Shown here: positions 38,115 to 49,434 of the stretch, one piece after another | Layout of the letters: every line of letters starts with the position of its first letter | Numbering within the stretch: position 1 is the first letter of the stretch | Origin: an uncultured Anaerofilum sp. | Lineage (GTDB): Bacteria > Bacillota > Clostridia > Oscillospirales > Ruminococcaceae | DNA length: 64,000 nt | Direction: 5' to 3' | Assembly: GCA_944385935.1 (NCBI GenBank) | Contig: CALWZC010000004.1 | Coordinates: forward strand, 75,426-139,425 | The notes under the pieces: generated by a model | What the model was told of the DNA's origin: nothing | The model's database searches: none | What the model saw: the letters and a program-made list of their open reading frames with translations, nothing else | Position numbers and translations under genes: made by a program

Positions 38115-38708
38115 ATGATTCAGCAACAAGAGCGTGCAGAAAAGTTTTTTCGGGCAATTCGCAGAGATGCTGAACGGCGGCGTAAGCAGATTATCAGCCA
38201 AATTGATGAATATATCGCCGCAGAAACCGAAAAAATAGAGCAGGCGGAATTGCAATCTGCCAATGAACGGGTACAATATGAAACCCAACGTATACAATCC
38301 CAAACCAACAGCCAGTTGGCAAAGGAAACCACCGAAATCAGTGCAGAGTTGGCTGCCTACCGTAGCGCAATTACCAAAGAGGTATTTGAACAAGTGGCAC
38401 AGAAGCTGGCAGTATTTGTGAAAAGCCAACAGTATCAGCAATGGTTGTCTGATGGATTGGGCCAAATGGAAAAACTTCTTGGTGCGGGGATGACAGTGTA
38501 TGCTGCCCCTGCTCAGGTGGAACAGGTAGAAAAAGCTGTTGCAATGGCAAAGGTAGACTGTACAGTCAAAGCAGACGAAAACATCCATTTGGGTGGTGTT
38601 CGTGCAGAAAAAGGCAGCAAAAAGGTGGATGACACACTGGACAGCCGCCTGAAAAGTCAAGAGGATTGGTTCTACCAGAACTCTGGTCTTTCCATTGCAA
38701 TTCAGTGA
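38115..38708 (+). CDS. ntpE: V/A-type ATPase subunit E
   Basis: 197 aa; long N-terminal helix, C-terminal globular domain; operon position. Confidence 0.75.
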   Translation: MIQQQERAEKFFRAIRRDAERRRKQIISQIDEYIAAETEKIEQAELQSANERVQYETQRIQSQTNSQLAKETTEISAELAAYRSAITKEVFEQVAQKLAVFVKSQQYQQWLSDGLGQMEKLLGAGMTVYAAPAQVEQVEKAVAMAKVDCTVKADENIHLGGVRAEKGSKKVDDTLDSRLKSQEDWFYQNSGLSIAIQ

Positions 38709-38723
38709 AACGAGGTGTAAGCG

Positions 38724-40502
38724 GTGAGTGAACCGATTCGGATTCATGGCATCAATGGCCCAGTTGTTACCATTCAGGGAAAAACTGGCCTTGGCATGAT
38801 GGAAATGGTGTATGTAGGCGACCAGCGACTGGTGGGTGAAGTCATCGGGCTGGATAGCAATAAAACCACCATTCAGGTATATGAGGAAACAGGCGGCCTT
38901 CGTCCCGGTCAGCCAGTATTCTCTACTGGTGGCCCCATGTGTGTAACATTGGGCCCCGGCATTTTAAAAAATATTTACGATGGTATTCAGCGGCCGCTGC
39001 CTGCCATTGAGAAACAATCAGGGGCATTTATTGGCAAGGGTGCCGATGTTCCTGCTCTAGACCCCGATGCAGTATGGGATGTAACTTTGACTGTAAAAGA
39101 GGGGGATACTCTCTCTGCTGGTCAAGTGTACGCCACTTGTCCCGAAACTCCCATCATTCTACATAAATGTATGTTGGCTCCGGGCAAAAGTGGAACCATT
39201 GTATGGGTTGCTCCAAACGGAAGCTACCGAGTCAATGATGTTGTGGCAAAATTGCAACGGCAGGACGGAACCATTGAGGAGTTGACCTTGTGCCAAAAAT
39301 GGCCCATCCGTACTCCTCGCCCAGTAACCAACCGCATGGGTGCAACCCGCCCCTTGATTACTGGTCAGCGTGTAATTGATACCATGTTCCCCATTGCAAA
39401 GGGCGGTGCAGCCGCCATCCCTGGTGGATTTGGTACCGGTAAAACTATGACCCAGCACCAGTTGGCAAAATGGTGTGACGCAGATATTATTATTTACGTG
39501 GGCTGTGGCGAACGTGGTAATGAGATGACACAGGCTTTGACCGAGTTCGGTGAGATTACCGACCCCAAGTCTGGCCGTCCCCTAACAGATAGAACCGTGT
39601 TGATTGCCAATACTTCCAATATGCCTGTGGCTGCCCGTGAGGCTTCCATCTACACAGGCGTTACCTTGGCAGAATATTACCGTGATATGGGCTATCATAC
39701 TGCTATGATGGCAGACTCTACCAGCCGTTGGGCGGAGGCATTGCGTGAAATTAGCGGACGTTTGGAAGAAATGCCTGCGGATGAAGGCTTCCCCGCATAT
39801 CTGCCCAGCCGTTTGGCAGAGTTTTACGAGCGTGCAGGTTATGTGTCTACCTTGAACGGGCAAGAAGGTTCTGTCACCTTGATTGGTGCAGTTAGCCCAC
39901 AGGGTTCCGACTTTTCCGAGCCTGTTACCCAGAATACAAAGCGGTTTACCCGTTGTTTCTGGGCATTGGATAAGGCATTGGCTTATGCTCGTCACTATCC
40001 GGCCATCAACTGGAACGACAGCTACTCAGAGTATACCAGCGATTTGGCACATTGGTACTATGACCATGTAGGCCCTGACTTTATGGCTTACCGTGAGGAA
40101 TTGGCAGGAATTTTGTTGCAGGAAAACAGCTTGATGGAGATTGTAAAGCTGATTGGTTCCGATGTATTGCCCGATGACCAAAAACTGGTTATTGAGATTG
40201 CTCGTGTGGTTCGGGTAGGATTCTTGCAGCAAAATGCTTTCCACAAGGATGACACCTTTGTACCTATGGAAAAGCAATTAAAAATGATGCAGGTAATTTT
40301 GCACCTGTATCACAAATGCCAAGATATTGTGGCACGACAGGTGCCCCTTTCCCAGATTATTAAATTGGGATTGTTTGATAAAGTGATTAAGATTAAATAT
40401 GATGTACCCAATGACCAACTAGATTTGCTGGATGGGTATATCACAGAAATCAATCAGGCGTTGGGGCAGTTCCTCAACACCGATTACAGAAAGGGGGAAT
40501 AA
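38724..40502 (+). CDS. ntpA: V/A-type ATPase catalytic subunit A
   Basis: 592 aa; P-loop GGFGTGKT; non-homologous region; GTG start after GAGGTG. Confidence 0.95.
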   Translation: MSEPIRIHGINGPVVTIQGKTGLGMMEMVYVGDQRLVGEVIGLDSNKTTIQVYEETGGLRPGQPVFSTGGPMCVTLGPGILKNIYDGIQRPLPAIEKQSGAFIGKGADVPALDPDAVWDVTLTVKEGDTLSAGQVYATCPETPIILHKCMLAPGKSGTIVWVAPNGSYRVNDVVAKLQRQDGTIEELTLCQKWPIRTPRPVTNRMGATRPLITGQRVIDTMFPIAKGGAAAIPGGFGTGKTMTQHQLAKWCDADIIIYVGCGERGNEMTQALTEFGEITDPKSGRPLTDRTVLIANTSNMPVAAREASIYTGVTLAEYYRDMGYHTAMMADSTSRWAEALREISGRLEEMPADEGFPAYLPSRLAEFYERAGYVSTLNGQEGSVTLIGAVSPQGSDFSEPVTQNTKRFTRCFWALDKALAYARHYPAINWNDSYSEYTSDLAHWYYDHVGPDFMAYREELAGILLQENSLMEIVKLIGSDVLPDDQKLVIEIARVVRVGFLQQNAFHKDDTFVPMEKQLKMMQVILHLYHKCQDIVARQVPLSQIIKLGLFDKVIKIKYDVPNDQLDLLDGYITEINQALGQFLNTDYRKGE

Positions 40503-40505
40503 GGG

Positions 40506-41882
40506 ATGATTCTGGAGCATATTGGTCTTTCTCAGATTAACGGTTCTCTGGTAGTTCTAGATGATGTGGAAGATGCCAGCTATGATGAAATGGTGGAAAT
40601 GCACCTAGACGACGGCAGCCACCGTGTAGGCCGTGTGGTTATGATTGAAGGTAGTCGTATTGTTGTTCAGGTGTTTGAGGGAACCCGTGGTCTTTCTTTG
40701 GATAATACCCGCACCGTACTTACCGGCCATCCCATGGAAATTGACCTTTCCCCGGAAATTTTGGGCCGTACCTTTGATGGATTGGGTCGCCCCATTGATG
40801 GCATGGGAGCCATCTTCCCACAGGTTCGCCGGGATGTAAATGGTTCGCCCATCAACCCCGTTTCCCGTGTCTATCCCCGAAACTACATTCGTACTGGTAT
40901 TTCCAGTATTGACTGCTTAGCCACCTTGATTCGTGGTCAAAAACTGCCCATTTTCTCTGGTTCCGGTATGAAACACAACGAATTGGCAGTACAGATTGTA
41001 CAGCAGGCAAATGTATCGGATGGAAGTGAATTTGCCATCGTATTTGCGGCAATGGGTGTAAAAAACGATGTAGCGGAGTACTTTAAGTCCAGTTTTGAAA
41101 AAGCCAATGTTATGGACAGGGTTGTTATGCTGCTAAATTTGGCAAATGACCCCATCATTGAACGTATTTTGACCCCCCGTTGTGCATTGACTATTGCAGA
41201 GTATCTTGCCTTTGATTTGGGCATGAATATTCTGGTGGTTATGACCGATATGAGTAGTTATTGTGAGGCGTTGCGTGAGTTCTCCTCCTCCAAAGGAGAG
41301 ATTCCAGGAAGAAAAGGCTTCCCCGGCTACCTCTACTCCGACCTTGCCAGCTTGTATGAACGTGCCGGCATTGTGCAGGGCAAAAAGGGTTCTGTGACTC
41401 AGATTCCCATTTTGACTATGCCTGGTGATGATATTACTCACCCTATTCCTGACTTGACCGGATATATCACCGAAGGCCAGATTGTTTTGGATAGAAGTCT
41501 GGATGCTACTGGTGTATATCCTCCTGTTAGTGTGTTGCCTAGCTTGTCCCGTCTGATGAAGGACGGCATTGGCGCAGGCTATACCCGCGATGACCATTCG
41601 GCATTGTCTAACCAGTTGTTTGCATTGTATGCCCGTGTGCAGGATGCAAAGGCATTGGCCAGTGTTATTGGTGAAGATGAGCTTAGTCCGGCTGACAAGC
41701 GAGTATTGCAATTTGGTAAAGCCTTTGAACAGCGTTTTGTAGGGCAAGGCTTTACCAACCGAACCATGGAAGAAACCCTAGATTTGGGCTGGGAGCTGTT
41801 GGGTATGCTTGACCGCAGCGAGCTTGACCGTGTGGATGATGCTATCCTAGACCAGCACTACAAGCCCTATCAGGCGGAATAA
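40506..41882 (+). CDS. ntpB: V/A-type ATPase subunit B
   Basis: 458 aa; typical B-subunit sequence. Confidence 0.95.
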   Translation: MILEHIGLSQINGSLVVLDDVEDASYDEMVEMHLDDGSHRVGRVVMIEGSRIVVQVFEGTRGLSLDNTRTVLTGHPMEIDLSPEILGRTFDGLGRPIDGMGAIFPQVRRDVNGSPINPVSRVYPRNYIRTGISSIDCLATLIRGQKLPIFSGSGMKHNELAVQIVQQANVSDGSEFAIVFAAMGVKNDVAEYFKSSFEKANVMDRVVMLLNLANDPIIERILTPRCALTIAEYLAFDLGMNILVVMTDMSSYCEALREFSSSKGEIPGRKGFPGYLYSDLASLYERAGIVQGKKGSVTQIPILTMPGDDITHPIPDLTGYITEGQIVLDRSLDATGVYPPVSVLPSLSRLMKDGIGAGYTRDDHSALSNQLFALYARVQDAKALASVIGEDELSPADKRVLQFGKAFEQRFVGQGFTNRTMEETLDLGWELLGMLDRSELDRVDDAILDQHYKPYQAE

Positions 41883-41915
41883 TGCCTTTAGGCTGGGGCA
41901 AGGAGGGAAAGCAAC

Positions 41916-42542
41916 ATGGCACAACAGGTATTTCCTACAAAAAGCAATCTAATGGCAACCAAAAAAAGCCTTGCTCTGTCCAAACAGGGCTATGAACTCA
42001 TGGACCGCAAACGAAACATTTTGGTGCGGGAAATGATGCAGTTGATTGACCGTGCTGCTGAGATTCAAACAAAAATCGAGGTAGCATATTCCAGTGCATA
42101 CCGCGCTTTGCAGCGAGCCAATGTAACACTGGGAATGGTTGGCAAATTTGCCAACAGTGTGCCCCAAGAGGAAGGCTTACAACTGGAGTTTCGCAGTGTA
42201 ATGGGTGTGGAATTGCCCATCGTAAAGCTGGAAAGCCAGCAGCCAACACAGTTTTACTATGGATTGTACTCCACCAACAGCCAGCTTGATGATGTATATG
42301 AGCAGTTTGAGGAAGTAAAGCGGTTGACTGTGGAATTGGCAGAAGTAGAGGGAAGTGTTTATCGTCTTGCGGTAGCCATCAAAAAGACCCAAAAACGAGC
42401 CAATGCCTTAAATAACATTATGATTCCGAAATTCACTGCCACTATCAAGTTTATTACAGAGGCTTTGGAGGAAAAGGAGAGAGAGGAATTTTCTCGCCTA
42501 AAGGTTATTAAAAGCCAAAAGGACAAGGCCGAACAACAGTAA
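41916..42542 (+). CDS. ntpD: V/A-type ATPase subunit D
   Basis: 208 aa; helical; MAQQVFPTKSNLMATKKSLALSKQGYELMDRKR characteristic of subunit D. Confidence 0.9.
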   Translation: MAQQVFPTKSNLMATKKSLALSKQGYELMDRKRNILVREMMQLIDRAAEIQTKIEVAYSSAYRALQRANVTLGMVGKFANSVPQEEGLQLEFRSVMGVELPIVKLESQQPTQFYYGLYSTNSQLDDVYEQFEEVKRLTVELAEVEGSVYRLAVAIKKTQKRANALNNIMIPKFTATIKFITEALEEKEREEFSRLKVIKSQKDKAEQQ

Positions 42543-42674
42543 TTTGTTGCCATAAAAACAGCACCTTATTTTTTGCCACTGTAGCAAAGAATAGGGTGTT
42601 TTTTGTATTGCAATTACCTGTGGAAAAAATAGGGTGTGTATGATACAATAGACAAAAATCAAAGGAGGACAAGA

Positions 42675-43421
42675 ATGCATAAAGAACGATTTGGAATGCT
42701 GGACGGATTGCGAGGGTTTGCCCTTGCCAATATGATTATTTATCATACATTGTATGATATTGTGTATATCTTTGGTCATCCTATGGCATGGTATCAAGGC
42801 ACAGCAGGATATTTATGGCAACAAAGCATTTGTTGGTGCTTTATTTTGCTTTCTGGCTTTTGTTTTTCTATGGGCAGTCGTCCTCTCAAGCGGGGAGCAA
42901 TGATTTTCGCTTTTGGGTGTGCCATTAGTTTGATAACTGCTGTGATGATGCCAGAACAACAGGTATGCTTTGGAATTTTAAGCCTTGTGGGAAGCAGTAT
43001 GATGATTACCTATCTTACAGAACCTTTTTTGAAGGGTGTAAAACCACTGTTGGGCTTGTTTATTTGCTTTGGTGTGTTTTTGATAACAAAGTCTGTTCCA
43101 ATGGGTGGCATTGGTGTAGGAGATAACATAGTATCAACCTTGCCCCATGTTCTTTACCAGTGGGAGTGGGGCTATCCATTGGGGTTCCCCAGTGCAGGCT
43201 TTTTCTCCAGCGATTATTTTCCCTTGTTGCCATGGCTGTTTTTGTATTGGACTGGATGGTATGGAAAAAGAGTGGTGGGGGATTTATCCAGATTTTCGTG
43301 GTTAAAGCCCACACCGCCAATACTGGGATGGATGGGGAAAAATAGCATTTGGTTGTATCTTGTCCATCAACCGGTGGTTTACATCATTCTATTTCTACTA
43401 AACCAATGGAAGATTGTATAA
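42675..43421 (+). CDS. DUF1624/HGSNAT-like membrane acyltransferase family protein
   Basis: Start MHKERFGMLDGLRG after AAGGAGG; 6-7 TM; N-terminal motif as in heparan-alpha-glucosaminide N-acetyltransferase-like proteins. Confidence 0.55.
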   Translation: MHKERFGMLDGLRGFALANMIIYHTLYDIVYIFGHPMAWYQGTAGYLWQQSICWCFILLSGFCFSMGSRPLKRGAMIFAFGCAISLITAVMMPEQQVCFGILSLVGSSMMITYLTEPFLKGVKPLLGLFICFGVFLITKSVPMGGIGVGDNIVSTLPHVLYQWEWGYPLGFPSAGFFSSDYFPLLPWLFLYWTGWYGKRVVGDLSRFSWLKPTPPILGWMGKNSIWLYLVHQPVVYIILFLLNQWKIV

Positions 43422-43549
43422 AAGACATGTGGCAAAATATCTGATTTTTTTTGTCCAATTGTGGAACAAAATAGTTACTCTTTGCAAAAAGAAAGTTTGC
43501 GCAGTATAATGAGGGCAAAGAAAAGATAATTTTGCAAGGAGGGTTATTT

Positions 43550-44959
43550 TTGCAGAAGAAAAATATTTTGTGGATTATGACCGACCAACACCGCTTTGAT
43601 GGTCTTTCCTGCATGGGAGGGCTTTCGGGGCTAACACCACACTTGGATGCACTGGCAGCAGATGGCATTGTTTTTGAAAATTGCTATACACCGTCCCCAG
43701 TGTGTGGACCTGCCCGCACTGCGCTAAAAAGTGGCCGCTTTCCAGCCGCTTGTGGGGCAGTAAAAAACTGGGTTCCCAGCCATTCTCCCGACTGGCTTCC
43801 TGAACGGTTGCAAAAGGTTGGATACCACACAGGCATGGCAGGAAAACTCCATATTTGCCCTTGTGAGGAAAATTATGGCTTTGATTGGAAAGTCCTCAGC
43901 GATGCGCCCTATTCGGTATATGCCAACGATGACAAACATTCCAAATACATAGAGTGGTTGCGTGAAAAATGGAATGGAAAAGACCCAGTTCCTCTCTTTG
44001 ATAAGGACGAGTCCTCCTATGACAATGATTTCTACCATTTTTGTGCCGGAAGCGGATTCCGCACTGTAGAAGAGCATGAAACAGGCTGGACTACAGACCA
44101 ATTTTTCCGCTATTTAGAGGAACGAGATAAGCAAAAGCCATTTTTCTTTTTCCTGTCCTACTTTGGGCCCCATCATCCTTATTTGCCGCCGGCTCCCTAT
44201 GATAGCTGGATTGCTGCGGAGGATGTTCAGCTTCCCCAAAGCTACTATGATGACCTGATGAAAGACCATCCTGTTTTTGAACGGACAGCCCGTGTACTAC
44301 GAGAAAAAGTAAAGGCAGAGTTGACAGAAGAACAGGTAAAACAGTTGGTAGCCCAATATTATGGTCAAATTAAAATGCTGGATGATTCCATCGGGCAAGC
44401 AATCGAAACCCTAAAACAGCAAGGACTATATGAGGATACCACAATCATTTTCACCTCTGACCACGGCGACCATATGGCACAATATGGTCTATTTTTCAAA
44501 AGCCAAATGTATGACTCCTGCTGCAAGGTTCCCTTGATTATCAAGCCGGCTGGAGGTTGCGTTCCCTTCCGCACAAAACAGGTGGTAAGTAGTTTGGATT
44601 TGTATGGAACCATTTTGGATTTGGCAGAGGACAAAGACTGGAGAAAACCAGATGTGGAGGCAGGTTCTCTGGTTCCCTTGACACAGGAAAACTTTGAACA
44701 AGAAGGAGAGGCGTACTCCATCTATGGCCCCAATCATGACAAAGCACTGGCAATGCTGCGGCAAGGGCCTTGGAAATTGATTCGTTTGGCAGATGGCAGC
44801 AAAACACAAGCCGTTTATGAACTGTACAACATGGAGCAAGACCCACAAGAAACAAAGGATTTATACCCCAACCAAAAAGATACAGAACTTTGCAAACAAC
44901 TGCAAAACAAGCTAGATGATTGGTTCTATGCACAATATGACCGGTATCCCAAACTGTAA
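43550..44959 (+). CDS. Cys-type (formylglycine-dependent) sulfatase
   Basis: TTG start after AAGGAGGG; IMTDQHRFD; active-site CTPSPVCGPARTALKSGRFP (C-x-P-x-R); sulfatase fold; no signal peptide evident. Confidence 0.8.
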   Translation: MQKKNILWIMTDQHRFDGLSCMGGLSGLTPHLDALAADGIVFENCYTPSPVCGPARTALKSGRFPAACGAVKNWVPSHSPDWLPERLQKVGYHTGMAGKLHICPCEENYGFDWKVLSDAPYSVYANDDKHSKYIEWLREKWNGKDPVPLFDKDESSYDNDFYHFCAGSGFRTVEEHETGWTTDQFFRYLEERDKQKPFFFFLSYFGPHHPYLPPAPYDSWIAAEDVQLPQSYYDDLMKDHPVFERTARVLREKVKAELTEEQVKQLVAQYYGQIKMLDDSIGQAIETLKQQGLYEDTTIIFTSDHGDHMAQYGLFFKSQMYDSCCKVPLIIKPAGGCVPFRTKQVVSSLDLYGTILDLAEDKDWRKPDVEAGSLVPLTQENFEQEGEAYSIYGPNHDKALAMLRQGPWKLIRLADGSKTQAVYELYNMEQDPQETKDLYPNQKDTELCKQLQNKLDDWFYAQYDRYPKL

Positions 44960-45146
44960 CAACTTGCAGAAAAAACGGATTTTTTTATAAAATCCCTTGC
45001 ATTTTATTGGGAATTATGATATCCTATTAGGGCGTTAGTGTCCGCTGGCTCCACCAGTGGGGTTAATGTAAATCATTAAACGGATGGTCCTCTGACGGCA
45101 GAATTGTCGGGTATGAACATCTTATAAAAAATGGAGGATGAATAGA

Positions 45147-45491
45147 ATGGACGCAATGAAGATTATCACCGAAGGCATGATTAAAGAGAACCGCCCCGAG
45201 TTTAACGTAGGTGACACTGTTCGTGTTTCTGTACGTATTAAGGAAGGCGAGCGTGAGCGTATTCAGGCTTTCGAAGGAACCGTTATCGCAAAGAAACATG
45301 GCGGTGTTGCTGAGACCTTTACCGTTCGCCGCACCTCTTATGGCGTTGGCGTAGAGCGTGTATTCCCTGTAAACTCTCCCTTTGTTGAGAAGGTTGAAGT
45401 AGTTCGTAAGGGTAAAGTTCGCCGTGCAAAATTGTTCTACCTGCGCAGCCGTACTGGTAAGGCAGCTAAGGTTAAAGAGCAGATTCGATAA
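45147..45491 (+). CDS. rplS: 50S ribosomal protein L19
   Basis: strong identity pattern to bacterial L19 ([32 protein letters not shown]). Confidence 0.95.
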   Translation: MDAMKIITEGMIKENRPEFNVGDTVRVSVRIKEGERERIQAFEGTVIAKKHGGVAETFTVRRTSYGVGVERVFPVNSPFVEKVEVVRKGKVRRAKLFYLRSRTGKAAKVKEQIR

Positions 45492-45504
45492 TCAAGGCGC
45501 AAAA

Positions 45505-45547
45505 AGGGGGAGCAGCCACAGGTTGTTCCCCCTGTTTTTGTTTTTTA
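45505..45547 (+). terminator. rho-independent terminator after rplS
   Basis: GGGGGA...TCCCCC stem then TGTTTTTGTTTTTT. Confidence 0.7.
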
Positions 45548-45579
45548 TGGAAAACAGGAAGGATAAAGGAGGAAATGCC

Positions 45580-46491
45580 ATGGCACAGGAATTTGTAAAT
45601 CGCCGTAATATTCAGTGGTTCCCCGGCCATATGATGAAAACCCTTCGATTGATTGAAAAGGATGTAAAAAATGTGGATGCGGTGTTGCAACTTTTGGATG
45701 CTCGTATCCCTTACAGCAGCTTGAACCCAGAAATTCAACGATTGGTAAAACATAAACCCCGTTTATATGTATTAAACAAAGCTGACCTTGCTGACCCAGC
45801 GGTAACAACTCGATGGACAAACTGGTTTAAACAACAGGGGGCTGGATGTGTTTCTATTAGCAGCAAAACCAAGGGTGCCGCTGCCGCTGTTCGCACACAG
45901 ATTGAAAAAGAACTGGCAGAGTTGATTGCCCGCCGTGAGGAAAAAGGTACCCAAGGTGCCGCCATTCGTGTAATGGTGTTGGGCATTCCCAATGTAGGCA
46001 AGTCCACTTTTATTAACTGTTGGGCAGGAGCTGCCAAGGCAAAGGCTGCCGACCGTCCCGGTGTTACCCGTGGTAAACAGTGGATTAGTGTACCGGGATA
46101 TGAATTGCTGGATATGCCAGGTGTCCTTTGGAAAAAATTCGACTCGTTGGAAATTGCCACCAATTTGGCTTTTATTGGCTCCATCAAGGATAACATTCTT
46201 GATATTGAGGAGTTAGCAATGGGCTTGTTGGCACAGGTGAAAGAAATGTACCCCCAACGGCTTTTGGAACGATACAAGCTAAAGGAAGAAGATTTGCAGC
46301 TAGACCCATGGGAGCTACTAGAGGCCATTGGTCGCCGTCGAGGGATGCTGATTTCTGGCGGAGAGGTAAACACCGAACGGGCAGCCATTATGGTGGTGGA
46401 CGAGTTCCGTGCCAGCAAATGGGGAAGAATTTCTTTGGAACAACCCCCTGCAAAAAGTGAGGAAGAAACCAATGAAACCAGAGCTTTATGA
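45580..46491 (+). CDS. rbgA: ribosome biogenesis GTPase A (YlqF/RbgA)
   Basis: Start MAQEF after AAAGGAGG; IQWFPGHM; circularly permuted GTPase motifs ([14 protein letters not shown]). Confidence 0.9.
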   Translation: MAQEFVNRRNIQWFPGHMMKTLRLIEKDVKNVDAVLQLLDARIPYSSLNPEIQRLVKHKPRLYVLNKADLADPAVTTRWTNWFKQQGAGCVSISSKTKGAAAAVRTQIEKELAELIARREEKGTQGAAIRVMVLGIPNVGKSTFINCWAGAAKAKAADRPGVTRGKQWISVPGYELLDMPGVLWKKFDSLEIATNLAFIGSIKDNILDIEELAMGLLAQVKEMYPQRLLERYKLKEEDLQLDPWELLEAIGRRRGMLISGGEVNTERAAIMVVDEFRASKWGRISLEQPPAKSEEETNETRAL

Positions 46492-47077
46492 GTTTGACCG
46501 CAAACTAACAGAAACATGGGGCACAATTTGTGGTGTAGATGAAGCAGGGCGAGGGCCTTTGTGTGGCCCAGTTGCAGTGGCCGCTGTAATTTTAGACCCA
46601 CAAGCCCCTATTTTAGGTGTAGATGATTCAAAAAAGCTGTCCGAGAAAAAGAGAGAAGCCCTCTACCAACAGATTATGGAAAAAGCATTCGATGTGTCTG
46701 TGGTACTGGTACAGCCAGAGGAAATTGACAAGCTGAATATCTTACACGCCACCATGAAGGGCATGGCGCAGGCTATTTCTAATCTTAAGGAAGTGCCCGC
46801 TTTGGCGTTGATTGATGGAAACCGCTGCCCTCCCACAGATGTGAAGTGTCAAGCTGTAGTAAAGGGAGATGCCAACAGTGCAGCCATTGCCGCCGCTTCC
46901 ATTGTGGCAAAGGTAACCCGTGACCATTATATGATAGAGCTAGACAAGGAATACCCACAATATCAACTTGCAAAGCATAAAGGATACCCCACTAAATTGC
47001 ACTATGAATTGCTGGATGCTTATGGAGTGGCACCCTTTTACCGCAAGAGCTTTTTGAAAAAACGGGGCTATGTGTGA
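46472..47077 (+). CDS. rnhB: ribonuclease HII
   Basis: [21 protein letters not shown] catalytic motif; ylqF-rnhB pair. Confidence 0.9.
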   Translation: MKPELYEFDRKLTETWGTICGVDEAGRGPLCGPVAVAAVILDPQAPILGVDDSKKLSEKKREALYQQIMEKAFDVSVVLVQPEEIDKLNILHATMKGMAQAISNLKEVPALALIDGNRCPPTDVKCQAVVKGDANSAAIAAASIVAKVTRDHYMIELDKEYPQYQLAKHKGYPTKLHYELLDAYGVAPFYRKSFLKKRGYV

Positions 47078-47453
47078 TATGGAAAAACGCTCTTTGTCTA
47101 ATATTGTAGGGGCCAAAGGGGAGGAAATTGCTGCAAAGTGGTATAAAAAGAAAGGCTTTCGAGTATTGCAACAAAACTACCGCACACCATTGGGAGAAAT
47201 TGACCTGATTGTGGAAAAAAGGGGCAGGTGGTTGGTATTTGTGGAGGTAAAAACCCGCACAGGAACCCCTCTGGCTCGCCCTTGTGAAGCTGTAGATGCT
47301 CGCAAACAGCGAAAACTCATTGCCGCCGCCCAACAGTATCTTTGTGACATACCTCAAACAGAAGAAAATATCCGCTTTGATGTCATGGAAATATGGCTTG
47401 ACGAAAAAGGGCATCCAACCATTTCTTGCATTGAAAACGCCTTTTGGTTGTAG
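47070..47453 (+). CDS. yraN: YraN family (UPF0102) putative endonuclease
   Basis: [31 protein letters not shown]...VEVKTR typical of YraN. Confidence 0.8.
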   Translation: MCDMEKRSLSNIVGAKGEEIAAKWYKKKGFRVLQQNYRTPLGEIDLIVEKRGRWLVFVEVKTRTGTPLARPCEAVDARKQRKLIAAAQQYLCDIPQTEENIRFDVMEIWLDEKGHPTISCIENAFWL

Positions 47454-47614
47454 TAAGTGTATTTGTATAGAATACAACTGTAACTTTAATAGAAAAACAC
47501 TGTACAAAAACATCTGATTTTTGGTTACAGTATCACTGTGAATTTTTTCTTAGGTATGGTATGATTTTAAGTAGAAATTTCGCCAATACCAAAACAGAGA
47601 GGAACGAAAAAATT

Positions 47615-49087
47615 ATGATGTTTACCAGTACACGAAACAACAACCTTTCGGTTTCGGCAGCACAAGCCATTTTGCAGGGGCTTTCCACAGAGGGCGGTCT
47701 GTTTGTGCCCCAGCAGTTTCCTCAACTTTCCGTAGAAACAGTATACCAAATGGACTACTGCCAAATGGCAGAAAAAGTATTAGGTAGTTTTCTTACAGAT
47801 TATGACCCACAGTTTTTACAGCAGGCAGTAAAACAGGTGTATGGTTCTGCTTTTGGTACAAAGGCTGGTTATGTACAGCAGGTAAATAAAAACACTTGGT
47901 CTTTGGAATTGTGGCATGGACCTACCTGTGCCTTTAAGGATTATGCCTTGCAGATGATGCCTAAATTGTTGGTACAAGCAAGAACGATGTTGAGCAGCAC
48001 AGATACCACCGTAATTTTGGTGGCAACCTCTGGTGATACAGGAAAAGCTGCTTTGGAGGGGTATCGGGATTTAGAGGGAATCCGAATAAAGGTATTTTAT
48101 CCCACCGGAGGAACCAGCGAAATTCAGCGGTTGCAAATGGCAACCCAGCAGGGCAACAATGTAGAGGTGTATGCTGTAGAAGGCAATTTTGATGCAGCAC
48201 AAACGGGGGTAAAAAAAGTATTTGCTGACCAAGCCATTGGACAGCTTTTGAAAGAAAAGGGTGTGTCCCTATCCAGTGCCAATTCTATCAACTGGGGCAG
48301 ATTGGTGCCACAGATTGTCTACTACTTTTACAGCTATTCTCAACTGGTAAAACAGGGAGTGATAGCCTTGGGCAATCCAGTGGATTTTTGTGTGCCCACT
48401 GGAAACTTTGGAGATATTTTAGCCGGCTGGTATGCCAAACAAATGGGTCTGCCTGTTGGCAAACTGATTTGTGCTTCCAATAAAAACAATGTTCTCAGCG
48501 AGTTCTTTGCAACTGGTGTCTACAATGCAAAGCGGGAATTTTTCAAAACTACATCTCCTTCTATGGACATCTTGATTTCTTCCAACTTGGAACGGCTTCT
48601 TTACCATGTGAGTGGAGGAAATGATACATTAGTGGCAGAGTTGATGGACAGCCTTTCAAAAACTGGAAGCTATACTTTGCCAAAAGATTTATTGGAAAAA
48701 ATTCAGCAGGATTTTGCAGCAGGTTGGGCAGATGACCAACAGGCCGCCGACGAAATAAAACATAGATGGGATACAGATGGGTATTTGTGTGACCCCCACA
48801 CAGCAGTTGCATTCCGAGTGGCAGAGCAAACCGCCCATACCAAGGATGCGCCTTGTGTGGTGCTTTCCACAGCCAGCCCTTACAAATTCCCTATGGCTGT
48901 TTTGCAGGCTTTGGGTTGCCCTGTGCCACAGCAGGATTTTGAGGCATTGCGCCAGTTGGAAACCTTTAGTGGTGTGCAAGCACCAACCCAACTAAAAGAA
49001 CTGGAGCAAAAGCCCCAACGATTTAGCAAAGTGATTTTGCCTTCTGACATTGTGAAGGCAGCAACAGAGGAAATTTCTGCGCTATAA
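47615..49087 (+). CDS. thrC: threonine synthase
   Basis: Start MMFTSTRN after GAGAGGAAC; PLP-dependent ThrC N-terminal domain (STRNNN..GLSTEGGLFVP), PLP lysine region FKD, long-form about 490 aa. Confidence 0.85.
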   Translation: MMFTSTRNNNLSVSAAQAILQGLSTEGGLFVPQQFPQLSVETVYQMDYCQMAEKVLGSFLTDYDPQFLQQAVKQVYGSAFGTKAGYVQQVNKNTWSLELWHGPTCAFKDYALQMMPKLLVQARTMLSSTDTTVILVATSGDTGKAALEGYRDLEGIRIKVFYPTGGTSEIQRLQMATQQGNNVEVYAVEGNFDAAQTGVKKVFADQAIGQLLKEKGVSLSSANSINWGRLVPQIVYYFYSYSQLVKQGVIALGNPVDFCVPTGNFGDILAGWYAKQMGLPVGKLICASNKNNVLSEFFATGVYNAKREFFKTTSPSMDILISSNLERLLYHVSGGNDTLVAELMDSLSKTGSYTLPKDLLEKIQQDFAAGWADDQQAADEIKHRWDTDGYLCDPHTAVAFRVAEQTAHTKDAPCVVLSTASPYKFPMAVLQALGCPVPQQDFEALRQLETFSGVQAPTQLKELEQKPQRFSKVILPSDIVKAATEEISAL

Positions 49088-49105
49088 AGATGAATTTTTA
49101 CAGAT

Positions 49106-49150
49106 AACAAAAAGCCGGAACCGCCCTTTTGAGGCTGTTCCGGCTTTGGT
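49106..49150. terminator. bidirectional rho-independent terminator (thrC on +, DUF1540 gene on -)
   Basis: AGCCGGAAC...GTTCCGGCT stem; T-run on the - strand reading (AAAAAG on +), weaker T-run on +. Confidence 0.7.
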
Positions 49151-49173
49151 GAGCGCAAAGGAATAGATGGGGA

Positions 49174-49323
49174 TTATTCTGCACAGAAGGTGCTGCACAT
49201 GGTGGTTTTGGGGGAACCACAACAGTTTACTTCAATTTGTGCGGCATTGCAGCCATTGCCGCCATCGTGGTAAATGCACCGTTCTACAGTGCAGTGTACT
49301 CCATTGGTGGGACGCTTGTTCAT
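49174..49323 (-). CDS. DUF1540-like Cys-rich small protein (49 aa)
   Basis: Start MNKRPTNG with GGAGG RBS 8 nt upstream; motif HCTVERCIYH...GCNAAQIEVNCCG. Confidence 0.55.
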   Translation of the reverse strand: MNKRPTNGVHCTVERCIYHDGGNGCNAAQIEVNCCGSPKTTMCSTFCAE

Positions 49324-49434
49324 TGTAAAAACTCCTTCCATCATTGGGTTTGTATCCGCTGCGGCAGGTCTTTGTAAGAACTTGCCGTACACAAAGAGTA
49401 TCCCCATAAAAGTAACTTTTAAACGGAGGGATTT

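Noticed and set aside
45735-46601. 288-aa minus-strand ORF
   Set aside because: It is antisense to rbgA/rnhB, whose identities are unambiguous. The composition is typical of a reverse-frame artefact.
47454-47614. Possible T-box or riboswitch in the 160-nt thrC leader
   Set aside because: No T-box specifier or antiterminator consensus is recognisable by eye. It is left unannotated without a covariance-model search.
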